Made by a program: the position numbers and the translations under genes | Origin: Candidatus Krumholzibacteriia bacterium | GTDB taxonomy: Bacteria; Krumholzibacteriota; Krumholzibacteriia; WVZY01 | DNA length: 24,188 nucleotides | NCBI GenBank assembly: GCA_046754105.1 | Contig: JBHHVD010000049.1 | Location: forward strand, 1 to 24,188 | Direction of reading: 5' to 3' | The notes under the pieces: model-generated | Database searches by the model: none | What the model was told of the DNA's origin: nothing | Seen by the model: only the letters and a program-made list of their open reading frames with translations | Shown here: positions 1 to 8,894 of the stretch, piece after piece | Position numbering within the stretch: the first letter of the stretch is position 1 | Layout of the letters: each line of letters opens with the position of its first letter

Positions 1-318
1 GGACTGCGTGTCGACACTTGGAAGGGTGAGGAGATCCTCCTCATCGTCGAAAAAAAGGAGGCCTCTCTGCTCTCGGGCCGGAGGGCGCCGGTCAACATAG
101 AGGTGATCCGAAGCGGCCGGAACGTGCGTATCGCGGCGCCGCGCTCGTCCGCCAACCGCATGCAAGATCTCGGGATCTCCTTTCGGCTGCTGGTGCCGGA
201 GGCCGAGCGTCGGGCGATCCGCCACCTGGGCGTTAGGGATTCCTACAATATGTCCAAACTGACGCACGTGCTCTTCCGCGTACTCAGCAAAGAGGCTCTC
301 TCCTGGATCGCCCACTAG
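1..318 (+). CDS. 3' part of a hypothetical protein (truncated by the window edge)
   Basis: Frame 1 is open from base 1 (GLRVDTWKGEEILLIVEKKE...) to TAG at 316-318. No family recognised. Confidence 0.6.
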   Translation, partial: GLRVDTWKGEEILLIVEKKEASLLSGRRAPVNIEVIRSGRNVRIAAPRSSANRMQDLGISFRLLVPEAERRAIRHLGVRDSYNMSKLTHVLFRVLSKEALSWIAH

Positions 319-350
319 CGCCCCGAACTCCTTTTGACCCCACGTTGCAG

Positions 351-383
351 GAGGGGCGGCCATGCGGCGGCCCCTCTTCGTTT
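351..383 (+). terminator. Possible intrinsic terminator
   Basis: GAGGGGCGGCC-ATGC-GGCGGCCCCTC hairpin with one mismatch, followed by TTCGTTT, about 30 nt after the stop at 318. Confidence 0.4.
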
Positions 384-541
384 GAGCCACTCGGGTATTG
401 ACCTTTCGCCCCGTTGCGGCAAGACTCTTTTTGGGAATGTTGCCGATAGGCGGGGCAAGCCCGTCGGCCGGGCGATCGCCAGGCCGCTGAAGCTGCTTTG
501 AAACGGCGGCGTAGCGCCGCCGATGAATGAGGAGGAAATCA

Positions 542-1249
542 ATGCACCGCCGAGCAACGGCCGCCGCTCTTGCGGTGGGGATTTTTGTCGCCACCGCCTG
601 GAGCCCGGCACCGGCGGGCGAGGACGAATCGAAGCGGGTCGCGGCAGCCACCGCCGTTCTCGACGAGCTGATGGGCATCCCCGAGAAGGGTGTTCCAGGA
701 TGGCTCCTCAAGGAAGCGCACGGAATTGCCGTCATCCCGGGTGTTATCAAGGCGGGGTTCGTCGTCGGGGGCCGCAGGGGCCACGGCGTGCTGGTGGTTC
801 GCGACGGGAAGAGCGGCTGGAGCCGTCCGGTTTTCGTGACACTTACCGGCGGCAGCATCGGCTGGCAGATCGGCGCGCAGTCGACCGATGTGATTCTCGT
901 CCTGAAGAGCAAGCGCAGCGTAGACGGTATTCTAAAAGGCAAGTTCACGCTCGGCGGGAACGCGTCGGTGGCCGCGGGCCCCGTCGGGCGCCACGCGGAA
1001 GCGGGGACCGACGTGCAGCTCAAGGCGGAGATCTATTCGTACTCGAGAAGCCGGGGGTTGTTCGCCGGCTTGTCGCTGGAGGGGGCAAAACTCGGTATCA
1101 AGAAGGACGCGAACGCGTCCTTCTACGGCAGCGACCGGCTGACCGCCGGCGACATTCTCGAGAACCGCAAGCTCGAGACACCGGCGCCCGCCCGCGCGTT
1201 CGTGGAAACGCTGGAGAAGTACATCGAAGCGGCCGCAAAGGCCGAGTGA
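542..1249 (+). CDS. YSC84/SYLF lipid-binding domain protein, secreted
   Basis: GAGGAGG RBS precedes ATG 542, then a signal peptide. Contains the typical SYLF motifs AVIPGVIKAGFVVGGRRGHG, GGSIGWQIGAQSTD, AAGPVGR and YSRSRGLFAGLSLEG. Confidence 0.9.
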   Translation: MHRRATAAALAVGIFVATAWSPAPAGEDESKRVAAATAVLDELMGIPEKGVPGWLLKEAHGIAVIPGVIKAGFVVGGRRGHGVLVVRDGKSGWSRPVFVTLTGGSIGWQIGAQSTDVILVLKSKRSVDGILKGKFTLGGNASVAAGPVGRHAEAGTDVQLKAEIYSYSRSRGLFAGLSLEGAKLGIKKDANASFYGSDRLTAGDILENRKLETPAPARAFVETLEKYIEAAAKAE

Positions 1250-1265
1250 GCACCAACCGGCGCCG

Positions 1266-1457
1266 CTACCGGCGGGTCTGCCGGAATGCCCACACCGAAA
1301 GAGACCCCGCCAGTCCCAGGCCGAGCCATGAGATCCATTCGGGAATGTCATAGCCGGCGACCTGTACCGGCCAGCGGTTGATGAGCCGAGCGAGATGCGC
1401 CGCCGCGACCAGGCCGAAGATCCCGCCAGTCACGATAGAATAGAGCCTGTCACCCAT
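1266..1457 (-). CDS. Small two-helix membrane protein
   Basis: MGDRLYSIVTGGIFGLVAAAHLARLINRW...WISWLGLGLAGSLSVWAFR has two hydrophobic helices. Resembles a widespread family of ~60 aa hypothetical membrane proteins (H-L-x-R...W pattern). Confidence 0.7.
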   Translation of the reverse strand: MGDRLYSIVTGGIFGLVAAAHLARLINRWPVQVAGYDIPEWISWLGLGLAGSLSVWAFRQTRR

Positions 1458-1607
1458 AGCACTGTCTACCACATTGCCGACGGGCCTTACAAGGGCGCCC
1501 GCCGATCGCCGCTTGACAACGGCGCGGGCGTCACGTTCCTTGTGATGAGCCGCCCGTTCCGGGGCCCACTCCTTCCGCAGCGGTCTCTGGTCGAAAGGAC
1601 GATAGCA

Positions 1608-2438
1608 ATGAAATCAGCCGTTACAGCGGCCGCCGCGCTGGCGGCCGCCGCGTGGGCCGTAGCACCGTGCGCCGCCGCCCCCGCCGCCGATCACCACCCC
1701 GGCGAGACGCACCACCGGCACGGGAGCCTCCATTTTTCGCACCCGATCATTGCCGAATCGCCGTCACCGGATACAAAGGTCCGCCTGGATTATTTCTTTA
1801 TGGACGTCGAGAACGAGGACGGAAGCGGCACGGCAAACCGGTTTCGTTTCGAGGGTGAGTACGCGTTCCATCGATCGTTCAGCGTCGAGCTGGATTTCCC
1901 GGTCGAATCCGTGAACCCGGACGGCGAAGCGAGCCGGTCGAACGTGGGCAACGTCGAAATCGCGTTGAAATTCGCCAATTTCGTATTCGAGGAGCACCGG
2001 CTCCTGCTGGGGTACGGCATCGAGTTCGGTCTCCCCACCGGCGACGAAGCCAAGGGAATCGGCAGCGACCATCTCCTCGAGTTCGAGCCGTTCCTCAACG
2101 TGGGCTACAAGAGTGGCAAGCTGGAAGCGGTGTCGTTCGCGACCTTCGGCATTCCGACCAACCAGGGCACGGGGGAGGAGGTGGAAACGGAGCTGGGGTA
2201 TGACTTCTCGCTGCTCTATCACTTCGTGCCGCGTCTCCAGGGCCTGCTCGAGCTCGACGGCGAGACGGTGCTCAGTGGTGACGAGCAGGGACACACGGTG
2301 GTGAACCTGACCCCCGGCCTGAAAATCGCGCCGCGGCCGGCGAGCAGCCTGCAGGTGGGTCTCGCCGCGGGCTTTCCGGTCACGGGCGCCGAGGAATTCG
2401 ATGTGCGGACGGTGCTGTCGGTCTTTTATCATTTTTGA
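1608..2438 (+). CDS. Outer-membrane beta-barrel ('transporter'/MetA-phenol-degradation-like) with His-rich N-terminus
   Basis: AAGGA RBS before ATG 1608 and an Ala-rich signal peptide, then DHHPGETHHRHGSLHFSH. Amphipathic strands, GNVEIALKF, LPTGD and NLTPG motifs, and a C-terminal ...VFYHF beta-signal. Confidence 0.8.
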   Translation: MKSAVTAAAALAAAAWAVAPCAAAPAADHHPGETHHRHGSLHFSHPIIAESPSPDTKVRLDYFFMDVENEDGSGTANRFRFEGEYAFHRSFSVELDFPVESVNPDGEASRSNVGNVEIALKFANFVFEEHRLLLGYGIEFGLPTGDEAKGIGSDHLLEFEPFLNVGYKSGKLEAVSFATFGIPTNQGTGEEVETELGYDFSLLYHFVPRLQGLLELDGETVLSGDEQGHTVVNLTPGLKIAPRPASSLQVGLAAGFPVTGAEEFDVRTVLSVFYHF

Positions 2439-2463
2439 TCGCGGATCGCCGGCGTGGTATACT
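2435..2463 (+). promoter_or_regulatory. Sigma70-type promoter for the ACT-like gene
   Basis: TTGATC (2435-2440), 17 nt spacer, TATACT (2458-2463), with an extended -10 TG at 2455-2456. Confidence 0.6.
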
Positions 2464-2498
2464 CTCCGGGGATTATTCCTCAACAAGGAGGGTTCGTC

Positions 2499-2906
2499 AT
2501 GGCAGATCGAGTACACAAAGTGAGTTACTGCAACACCACCGTCTCCAGCCGGCCCGGCCAGGGAGCCAGGGTGCTGGCCGAGTTGAAGGACGAGGGCGTG
2601 GACATGATGGCGTTCAGCGGTTTTCCGGCCAAGGGCGGAAAATCGCAGCTCGATTTCATTACCGCCAACCTCGCCGGTGTCCGGCGCGTGGCGAAGCGGA
2701 ACGGCTGGCGCCTCGGCAAGACCAAGAAGGGGTTTTTGATCGACGCCCTGGGCGCCGTGCATCGCCACATCCAGAAGCTCGCCGACCGGAAGATCAATAT
2801 CACGGCGGCGGACGCCGTGTGTGCCGGCAAGGGCCGCTACGGGATGATCCTGTGGGTGAAGCCGAAGGATTACGCCCGCGCGGCGAGGACGCTCAAGGCA
2901 AAGTAA
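2499..2906 (+). CDS. Tandem ACT-like domain protein
   Basis: AAGGAGG RBS. Two ACT-like repeats (SRPGQGARVLAELKDEGVDM and LGAVHRHIQKLADRKINI). Confidence 0.75.
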   Translation: MADRVHKVSYCNTTVSSRPGQGARVLAELKDEGVDMMAFSGFPAKGGKSQLDFITANLAGVRRVAKRNGWRLGKTKKGFLIDALGAVHRHIQKLADRKINITAADAVCAGKGRYGMILWVKPKDYARAARTLKAK

Positions 2907-2935
2907 CCTTTGGTTGCGTGCACGCCGTTACATCC

Positions 2936-2970
2936 GGGAGAGGGGCGCACGTGCCCCTCTCTCTTGTTTT
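2936..2970 (+). terminator. Intrinsic terminator
   Basis: GAGAGGGGC (2938-2946) and GCCCCTCTC (2953-2961) form a perfect 9-bp stem, followed by TTGTTTT. Lies between convergent genes. Confidence 0.7.
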
Positions 2971-3012
2971 GGCCACCCGCGCGAAAAGACAGGAAATTCC
3001 CGGGACAGGACG

Positions 3013-4575
3013 CTAGATATCGTCCCGCCAGCGGACCAGCCGCCACGCAATCCCATCATCGTCGTCATCATCGTCATCGTCGCTGCCCGCAACGCGATCG
3101 CCGCCGTCATGGTCTCCGCCGTGCGGTTCGGGGCGGACCACGAACGACGCCCGGATCCCGTCGGCGTTCAAAAACGTGAACGCGCCCGCCTCGACCCGGA
3201 GGAGATACAGTACCGTTTTCTCGTACCATACCTCTCCGGGGTAGCGCGCCGGGTCCGGTATCACCTGCGCCCAGGCGTCCTCGCCACGCGGGTATGCGAG
3301 AGAGAGGTTGACCTGGGTGGGATCGCCCGTGGCGGTCGAGAAAAACCATGCTTTCGTACTCCCCCAGGTGGCTTCCTCGACCGCGGCGCGCCGCAGCGGC
3401 GTCCGTCCGTCGCGGTCCGAGAGCCGGTCGTGCCCGTGGCCCTCGGCGTTGAAGAGACTCGCCGTGGCCGCGAGCTCGCTCGCCTTGTCCCACTGGGGAG
3501 CGGGGGCCCTGCCGTCGTCGATGTCCTGCTGCGAGAAGAAGAATGCGAAGTCATCGTCGAAGAGCCTTCGTACCCGGTCGAAGTCCTTGTCGTTGTACGC
3601 GGCGAGGAGCGCGGCGAGCACGTCGTCACGCAGCGCGAGCGCGTCGTCGTCCTCGTCCTCCGGCTCGCCGGCGATGACGATGCAGTCGGAGACGTCGAAG
3701 CGGTCGCCGCTGTGCAGCCACCCCCCGACGCTGACGAACCTGCGCTCGCCCGGAGTCACCGGGCCCAGCGCCCGGGTGATCTCCTCGACCGGGAACTTCA
3801 GCACCAGATCGTCGACGCCGTCCTTCCCCTCGTTGCACCCGCAGTACTCGGCCGCCAGCGAAGTCACGTCGCGCACTCGCGACTTGACGGGCCGGATCGA
3901 CTGGCCTTCGACGGTCATCTCGACCGTCGAGAGGTCGATGTCCCCGGGGTCCTGGCCGAGCAGCAGCGGCAGTGCGGTGGTGAGCTTGCCCTTGCCCCGC
4001 GGCTTGAAGCGGTTGTCGCAGGATTTCGGCCGGACGTCGAGCTGCTGCGGCCCGCGCACGATGCTCAGGGTGACGCCGATGCGGGAACTCGCCCCCGCCG
4101 CGTCCCGGACCTCCACGTGGAACGTGTGGGCGCCGAAGAAGAAGGCGGGCGCCGGTACGCACAGTTCGGACCCGTCGAAGGGCGTGAAGCCGACGTCCCA
4201 GGCGTCCGGGTCGCCCGGGTCGAGAAGGTCGAAACCGTAGCGGTAAGCGTCGACGGGGTCGCCGCCGGCGGACGGCTCCGCCGAAAAGCAAAATTGAATG
4301 GGCGCACCCGCCGGGACCATCACTACCCCGCCCGAGCCGGCGAGCCCGGTCGAGACGATGGGATCGAAGTAAGGACTGGCGAGCGTCAGCACAGGGCCGG
4401 CCACGTCGAACGCCACGTCGACCTTCGGCATGGATCCGCGGAATACGGCGCTTCCCGGCTCGGTGACCCGTTGACAACCCGCAAGGACGAGGGGCGCCAC
4501 ACAGGCGACGCACGCCATTGCGCGGGCGATGGCATTCCACGCCCCATAACCGGCAGATCGTTTATCGCAATTCAC
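3013..4575 (-). CDS. Multi-domain secreted lipoprotein (Ig-like region, 'DVRPKSC.N' domain, C-terminal NTF2-like domain)
   Basis: GGAGGT RBS before GTG 4575 and an LVLAGC lipobox. The acidic C-terminal domain (LLAAYNDKDFDRVRRLFDDDFAFFF) resembles NTF2/SnoaL folds. Confidence 0.75.
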   Translation of the reverse strand: MNCDKRSAGYGAWNAIARAMACVACVAPLVLAGCQRVTEPGSAVFRGSMPKVDVAFDVAGPVLTLASPYFDPIVSTGLAGSGGVVMVPAGAPIQFCFSAEPSAGGDPVDAYRYGFDLLDPGDPDAWDVGFTPFDGSELCVPAPAFFFGAHTFHVEVRDAAGASSRIGVTLSIVRGPQQLDVRPKSCDNRFKPRGKGKLTTALPLLLGQDPGDIDLSTVEMTVEGQSIRPVKSRVRDVTSLAAEYCGCNEGKDGVDDLVLKFPVEEITRALGPVTPGERRFVSVGGWLHSGDRFDVSDCIVIAGEPEDEDDDALALRDDVLAALLAAYNDKDFDRVRRLFDDDFAFFFSQQDIDDGRAPAPQWDKASELAATASLFNAEGHGHDRLSDRDGRTPLRRAAVEEATWGSTKAWFFSTATGDPTQVNLSLAYPRGEDAWAQVIPDPARYPGEVWYEKTVLYLLRVEAGAFTFLNADGIRASFVVRPEPHGGDHDGGDRVAGSDDDDDDDDDGIAWRLVRWRDDI

Positions 4576-4625
4576 GTGAAACCTCCAGGATGCGGTGGGG
4601 AGGTGTATCGCGGGGTGATGGTAGT

Positions 4626-4634
4626 ATTATACCA
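4626..4634 (-). promoter_or_regulatory. Extended -10 promoter element for the lipoprotein gene
   Basis: Minus strand reads TGG-TATAAT, a perfect TGn-TATAAT, about 50 nt upstream of the GTG start. Confidence 0.6.
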
Positions 4635-4825
4635 ACCTATCCCGCCGGCCGCTAGGCCAAAACGGCTTCGTCCCACCGCCCATTTTTGTCGATGACCGGC
4701 CGCCCGGCTAAGTGCCATACTAAGGGCCAGTAAGGCCGTTGCCGACGCAGCCACGGGCGGCTCACGGCTCGCAGAGCCCGTCCGCCGCCACACACCGCCC
4801 TCGATCGGGCGGAGAACAGGGATAC

Positions 4826-6274
4826 ATGAGAACGCCATTTCTCTATCGGCTCTCCCGCGCCCTGGTGCGTATCGCCCTGTCCGTCTATTTCCGAAAGGTC
4901 GAGCGCTCCGGCGCCCGTCACGTCCCGGGCACGGGGCCCGTCATCCTGGCGGCCAACCATCCCCAGTCGGTCACCGACGCTCTCGTGCTCGGCCGCTGCG
5001 CCGGCCGCATGCTCCACTACATCGCCCGCAGCGGCATCTTCGACAAGCCGCTCAAGGCGTGGTTTCTGCGCAACTCCGGCGTCATACCCGTGTACCGGCC
5101 GCGCGAGACCGCGGGAGCGGCGGACAAGAACGTCGAAATGTTCTCCGCCTGCCGCAAGCTGCTGGAAAACGGCGGTGCGATCGGCATTTTCCCCGAAGGC
5201 ATCAGCGCCGAGGAGCGGCGCGTGCAGAGACTACGAACGGGCACCGCCCGCATAGCCTTCGAAAGCGAAGAAAAGAACGGCTGGCGGCTGGGGGTCGTGA
5301 TCGTGCCGGTGGGTCTCAACTTCGAAAGCGGGCGGCGTTTTCGAAGCCGCGTCCTGGTCACCTTCGGCAAACCGATCGTGGTCGCCGACTACCGTGACGA
5401 CTACGAGGCGGATCCGTTCGAAGCGGTCCGGAGCCTGACCGATCTCCTCGGGGAGGCGATCCGGCGCCGCGTCGTCAATATCGAGCGCGGGCAGTTCGAG
5501 GAACTGGTACGCGACGTCGAGTCCGTGTACAAGGGCGAGCTGCTCGAAAAGGAAGGGCTGCCCTTCGCCGGCTCGTCGAAGTTCGAGCGCGATCAGGAAG
5601 TGTCGCGCGAAATTCCGCGCGCGCTCGATTTTTTCTTCCGCTACCACCCGGAGATCATCTGGCAGGTGGGAAGCCTCCTATCCGACTACCGCCGCAAGCT
5701 CGAGCGCCTGCGCATCAAGGACGAGATGATCCGGCAGCGGGAGGGCAAAACGGTGCCCGGTGAGACGACGCGGTTCGTCGTATTCGGCACGCTCGGGGTG
5801 CCGTTCGCCCTCTACGGCGCGGTGTGGAACGGGATTCCGTACCACATTACCGACTGGCTCGCCCGTCGCATGGTCAAGAACGTAACCAAGTTCCACTTTT
5901 TTCACCTGACGAGGGGAGCGGCGGTCTACGTGCTGTATTACGGAGCGCTGCTCTACCTGGCCTTCCGCGTCCTCGGGCCCACGGGGACCGCGGTGTTCGC
6001 AGCCACGCTGCCGCTGACCGGGTTCTTCGCGCTCGACTATTCGCGCCGCATGCGCCGCCGCCGTCAGATGCTGCGCCTGGCGTTTCTAGAGCTCACGCAC
6101 GGCTACTTCGTGCAGAAGCTGCGCCAGCAGCGGCAGCGCTTGATGGATGAGATGGACACCGCGCTCGAAGAGTATCTCCGGTCGAGGGACGAGCCGTCTT
6201 CGAGTCCGGCTGCGGGGCGTGGGGTCGGGCGCGGGGAGCGAGAACAAACACCGAAAGCAGATCACGACGCATGA
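4826..6274 (+). CDS. Lysophospholipid/glycerol-3-phosphate acyltransferase family protein with C-terminal TM helices
   Basis: PlsC-superfamily motifs ANHPQSVTD (HxxxxD), IPVYR, IFPEG and LRTGTAR. Hydrophobic helices in the C-terminal third. Confidence 0.88.
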   Translation: MRTPFLYRLSRALVRIALSVYFRKVERSGARHVPGTGPVILAANHPQSVTDALVLGRCAGRMLHYIARSGIFDKPLKAWFLRNSGVIPVYRPRETAGAADKNVEMFSACRKLLENGGAIGIFPEGISAEERRVQRLRTGTARIAFESEEKNGWRLGVVIVPVGLNFESGRRFRSRVLVTFGKPIVVADYRDDYEADPFEAVRSLTDLLGEAIRRRVVNIERGQFEELVRDVESVYKGELLEKEGLPFAGSSKFERDQEVSREIPRALDFFFRYHPEIIWQVGSLLSDYRRKLERLRIKDEMIRQREGKTVPGETTRFVVFGTLGVPFALYGAVWNGIPYHITDWLARRMVKNVTKFHFFHLTRGAAVYVLYYGALLYLAFRVLGPTGTAVFAATLPLTGFFALDYSRRMRRRRQMLRLAFLELTHGYFVQKLRQQRQRLMDEMDTALEEYLRSRDEPSSSPAAGRGVGRGEREQTPKADHDA

Positions 6275-6951
6275 GCCCCAGCCTCCTCGACATTCCCGCG
6301 TTTCTCGCCTACATGAGCAAACGGGTGCTCTGCCGCGTAGCGACCGGGGAGAAACGCGTGGCGTTGACGTTCGACGACGGGCCTCACCCGCGGTACACGC
6401 CGGAATTGCTCGAAATGCTGGAGGCCAAGGGTATCCGCGCCACGTTCTTCGTCGTTGGGCGACGGGTGAGGCAGTTTGGCAAGGTGCTCGAACGCACGTT
6501 CCACGCCGGTCACGAGATCGGCAACCACAGCGACCGCCACGTGCCACTGTCCTTGCTGCCCGGCGGGTTCATCCGCCGCGAGATCGCCGTCGCCGAAAAG
6601 CTCATCGTGGAAGTGACCGGCGAACGACCGTCTTTTCTGCGGCCGCCGATGGGCTGGTTCGACCAGCGGGTGCTGGACGTGGCCAGGCACATGGGCTACC
6701 GGCCGGTGGTGGGGAGCATTCACCCGCGGGACTCGCGCAAACCGGGCACCGGCGTGATCGTGGATCGCATCCGCCGGCGGGTCGAGCCGGGCGCGATTAT
6801 CATCCTGCACGACGGCGGCCGCTGGATCAACTCGGACCGCAGCCAGACCGTCGCCGCGGTGGACCGCATCACCGACGACCTCGTAGCGCGGGGCTACCGC
6901 TTCGAGACGCTGAGCCAACTGGCCGCCGCGCCCGACGCCGCGTCGCCATAA
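6271..6951 (+). CDS. Polysaccharide deacetylase (NodB/CE4 family)
   Basis: CE4 motifs LTFDDGP, ATFFVVG, GNHSDRH, LRPPMG and IILHD. ATGA overlap with the upstream stop. Confidence 0.92.
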   Translation: MSPSLLDIPAFLAYMSKRVLCRVATGEKRVALTFDDGPHPRYTPELLEMLEAKGIRATFFVVGRRVRQFGKVLERTFHAGHEIGNHSDRHVPLSLLPGGFIRREIAVAEKLIVEVTGERPSFLRPPMGWFDQRVLDVARHMGYRPVVGSIHPRDSRKPGTGVIVDRIRRRVEPGAIIILHDGGRWINSDRSQTVAAVDRITDDLVARGYRFETLSQLAAAPDAASP

Positions 6952-6977
6952 TCACACCGGCAATCGCGCGTTGCGCG

Positions 6978-8894
6978 CTAGCCCGATTTCTTTCCCATCC
7001 GCTCCTTTAGGAGCTCCACCGATCGTTTCGGGAAAATGACCAGCATCGGGTTCTTCTTGCCGAAATCCTCCGACCCTTCCTTGATCAATTCGACGACCTG
7101 CTGGGGTGTGAGCGTCGGATCCATCGCCAGCAGCTTCGCGGCCAGGTTGACCACGTTGGGCGATGCCATGGAGGTGCCGGAGAGCTTCATGCGGTTGCCG
7201 CCCGGCACGTAGCTGTCGACCTCGAAACCGTTCGAGTAGACTTCCACGGTCTTGCCGGCGCTGGTAAAAGACGTGGGCTCCCCCGCCTGGTCCACGGCGC
7301 CCGCGATCAGCAGGTTCGGCATCTTGAATCCGGACGGGATGAACTGGTCGAACTCGACGTCGTTATCGGAGTTTCCCGCGGCCGCGACAAACAGGATCTC
7401 CGGGGCGCCGGAAAACGCCTCGTGCATGTCCTTGCGAGCCATCTCGAACATCTCCCGTGCCATCTTGCCGCGCTCCTCGGCACTCTCGCCGATGCCGTTG
7501 GCTTCGAGGGTCTGCTCGAACTCCTTCAATGAGAATCCCCAGCTCATGTTGACCACGCGCACGTCGTGATCCTTGAAGTAACGGACGGCTTCCTTTAGGC
7601 CTTTGCCGAAGCGGGCGGTGAGCTCCTTGGTGAAGGGTTGGGGGATCATGTGGTAGTCGAACGACAGGCGGGCGGGCAGGACGCGCGCGTACGGATTGCC
7701 GTCGAGGGCGATCCCGGCCACGTGTGTTCCATGGGCATAGTGGCTGTAGTGGGTCAGGTTCTCCAGGTAGTCCTTTGTCTCGCCCTTTTCCAGACCCGCC
7801 ATGGCCTTTTTGATTTCGGTTGCTTCCGGACTGTCGACGGCGGCGGTGATATCCATGAACCCCTTGAGACGCCCTTCCAGTTCGGCACGTTTGGATTCGT
7901 TTTTGCCGAGCGGTAGCAGCAGGCCGGTCGTCTTTTTCTGGTCGATATCGTAGGCGATGCCGTGCACGTCATCGACGTATCCGTTGCCGTCGTCGTCGCG
8001 GCCGTCCATCTTCTCTTTCGTGTTGGTGAAACACCGGTCCTTGAAGATCTCCACGTCGACGCCGGTGTCCCAGACGCCGACCATGACCGGTGCGTATCCT
8101 TCGTTACCCGTGAAACTGACGCTGCGCGCCGGCCAGATGTCGCTCTTCTCCACGGCGTGGTCGGCGATGGCCGCGGTGAGCACGCCTCCGATCTCGCCCT
8201 GCAGCGGCAGGACCAGCGCGATCGCACTGTGAAAGTTGATGATCTGCCGGGCCTGGTCACCGCTGAGGTAACCGCTCTTTTCTACCGGGGGGTCGAGCTG
8301 CGCCTCTACGAGACCGACGAGGAGGTTCTCGCTCAGGATCTGCATCTGGCCGCTCACCTGCTCGATGACCTCCCGCACCACGTCCCACGGCAGCGATTCG
8401 ACGCGTGCGGCCAGCGCCTTGCGGAAGGCCCGCCTGAACGCATCCGAGTTCTCGTCCTCGGTCACATCGCGCGCCGCCAGGTAGGCGTAGAACACCATGC
8501 CGATGGTGTGCTTTTGCGCCTCCTTGTCCTCCAGCTCGCGGCCCTTCTCGAGGTACTTTTGTGAAGTCTTGTAATCCCCTTCAAAAAACGTAATTCCCTG
8601 GAGCACCTGGTAGTACCCCTGCAAGGTCTTGCGGTCTTCGATCTCGTATGTATCGAGGTCCTTCTCGATGTCCTTCTTGACGCGCGCTGCGAACTCGGCG
8701 TACGCCTCGTCGTTGCCGAGCAATTCCGACGCCTTTATACCGATCGCGTACGTGTGGCGCGGCAGATCGTCGACTTTCGTAATCCTGGTCTTCTTCTTCG
8801 CCCCCGCCGCGGGGACGAGCAGCAGCGCGGCGGAAACGCAGGCAAGGGTTACGAAACTCAAAACGACGAATGCTTTCCTGGGAAATGAAAACAT
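6978..8894 (-). CDS. Secreted S8 (subtilisin-like) serine peptidase
   Basis: Signal peptide. Catalytic triad motifs WDTGVD, HGTHVAG and SGTSMASP, oxyanion AAGN, and a DDDGNGYVDD Ca-loop. GGAGGA RBS. Confidence 0.93.
   Translation of the reverse strand: MFSFPRKAFVVLSFVTLACVSAALLLVPAAGAKKKTRITKVDDLPRHTYAIGIKASELLGNDEAYAEFAARVKKDIEKDLDTYEIEDRKTLQGYYQVLQGITFFEGDYKTSQKYLEKGRELEDKEAQKHTIGMVFYAYLAARDVTEDENSDAFRRAFRKALAARVESLPWDVVREVIEQVSGQMQILSENLLVGLVEAQLDPPVEKSGYLSGDQARQIINFHSAIALVLPLQGEIGGVLTAAIADHAVEKSDIWPARSVSFTGNEGYAPVMVGVWDTGVDVEIFKDRCFTNTKEKMDGRDDDGNGYVDDVHGIAYDIDQKKTTGLLLPLGKNESKRAELEGRLKGFMDITAAVDSPEATEIKKAMAGLEKGETKDYLENLTHYSHYAHGTHVAGIALDGNPYARVLPARLSFDYHMIPQPFTKELTARFGKGLKEAVRYFKDHDVRVVNMSWGFSLKEFEQTLEANGIGESAEERGKMAREMFEMARKDMHEAFSGAPEILFVAAAGNSDNDVEFDQFIPSGFKMPNLLIAGAVDQAGEPTSFTSAGKTVEVYSNGFEVDSYVPGGNRMKLSGTSMASPNVVNLAAKLLAMDPTLTPQQVVELIKEGSEDFGKKNPMLVIFPKRSVELLKERMGKKSG

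Noticed and set aside
504..522. Perfect 8-bp hairpin CGGCGGCG-TAG-CGCCGCCG before the YSC84 RBS
   Set aside because: No U-tract, and it does not cover the RBS. A GC-only stem is unremarkable at this composition.
4573..4590. Similar GTGAAACCTCC / ACCTCCAGGATG strings at ~4576, ~23150 and ~23908
   Set aside because: These are minus-strand Shine-Dalgarno contexts (GGAGGT), not a repeat element.
2914..4695. 593-aa plus-strand ORF
   Set aside because: Antisense shadow of the lipoprotein gene. It is Arg/Val-rich with no motifs, typical of high-GC DNA.
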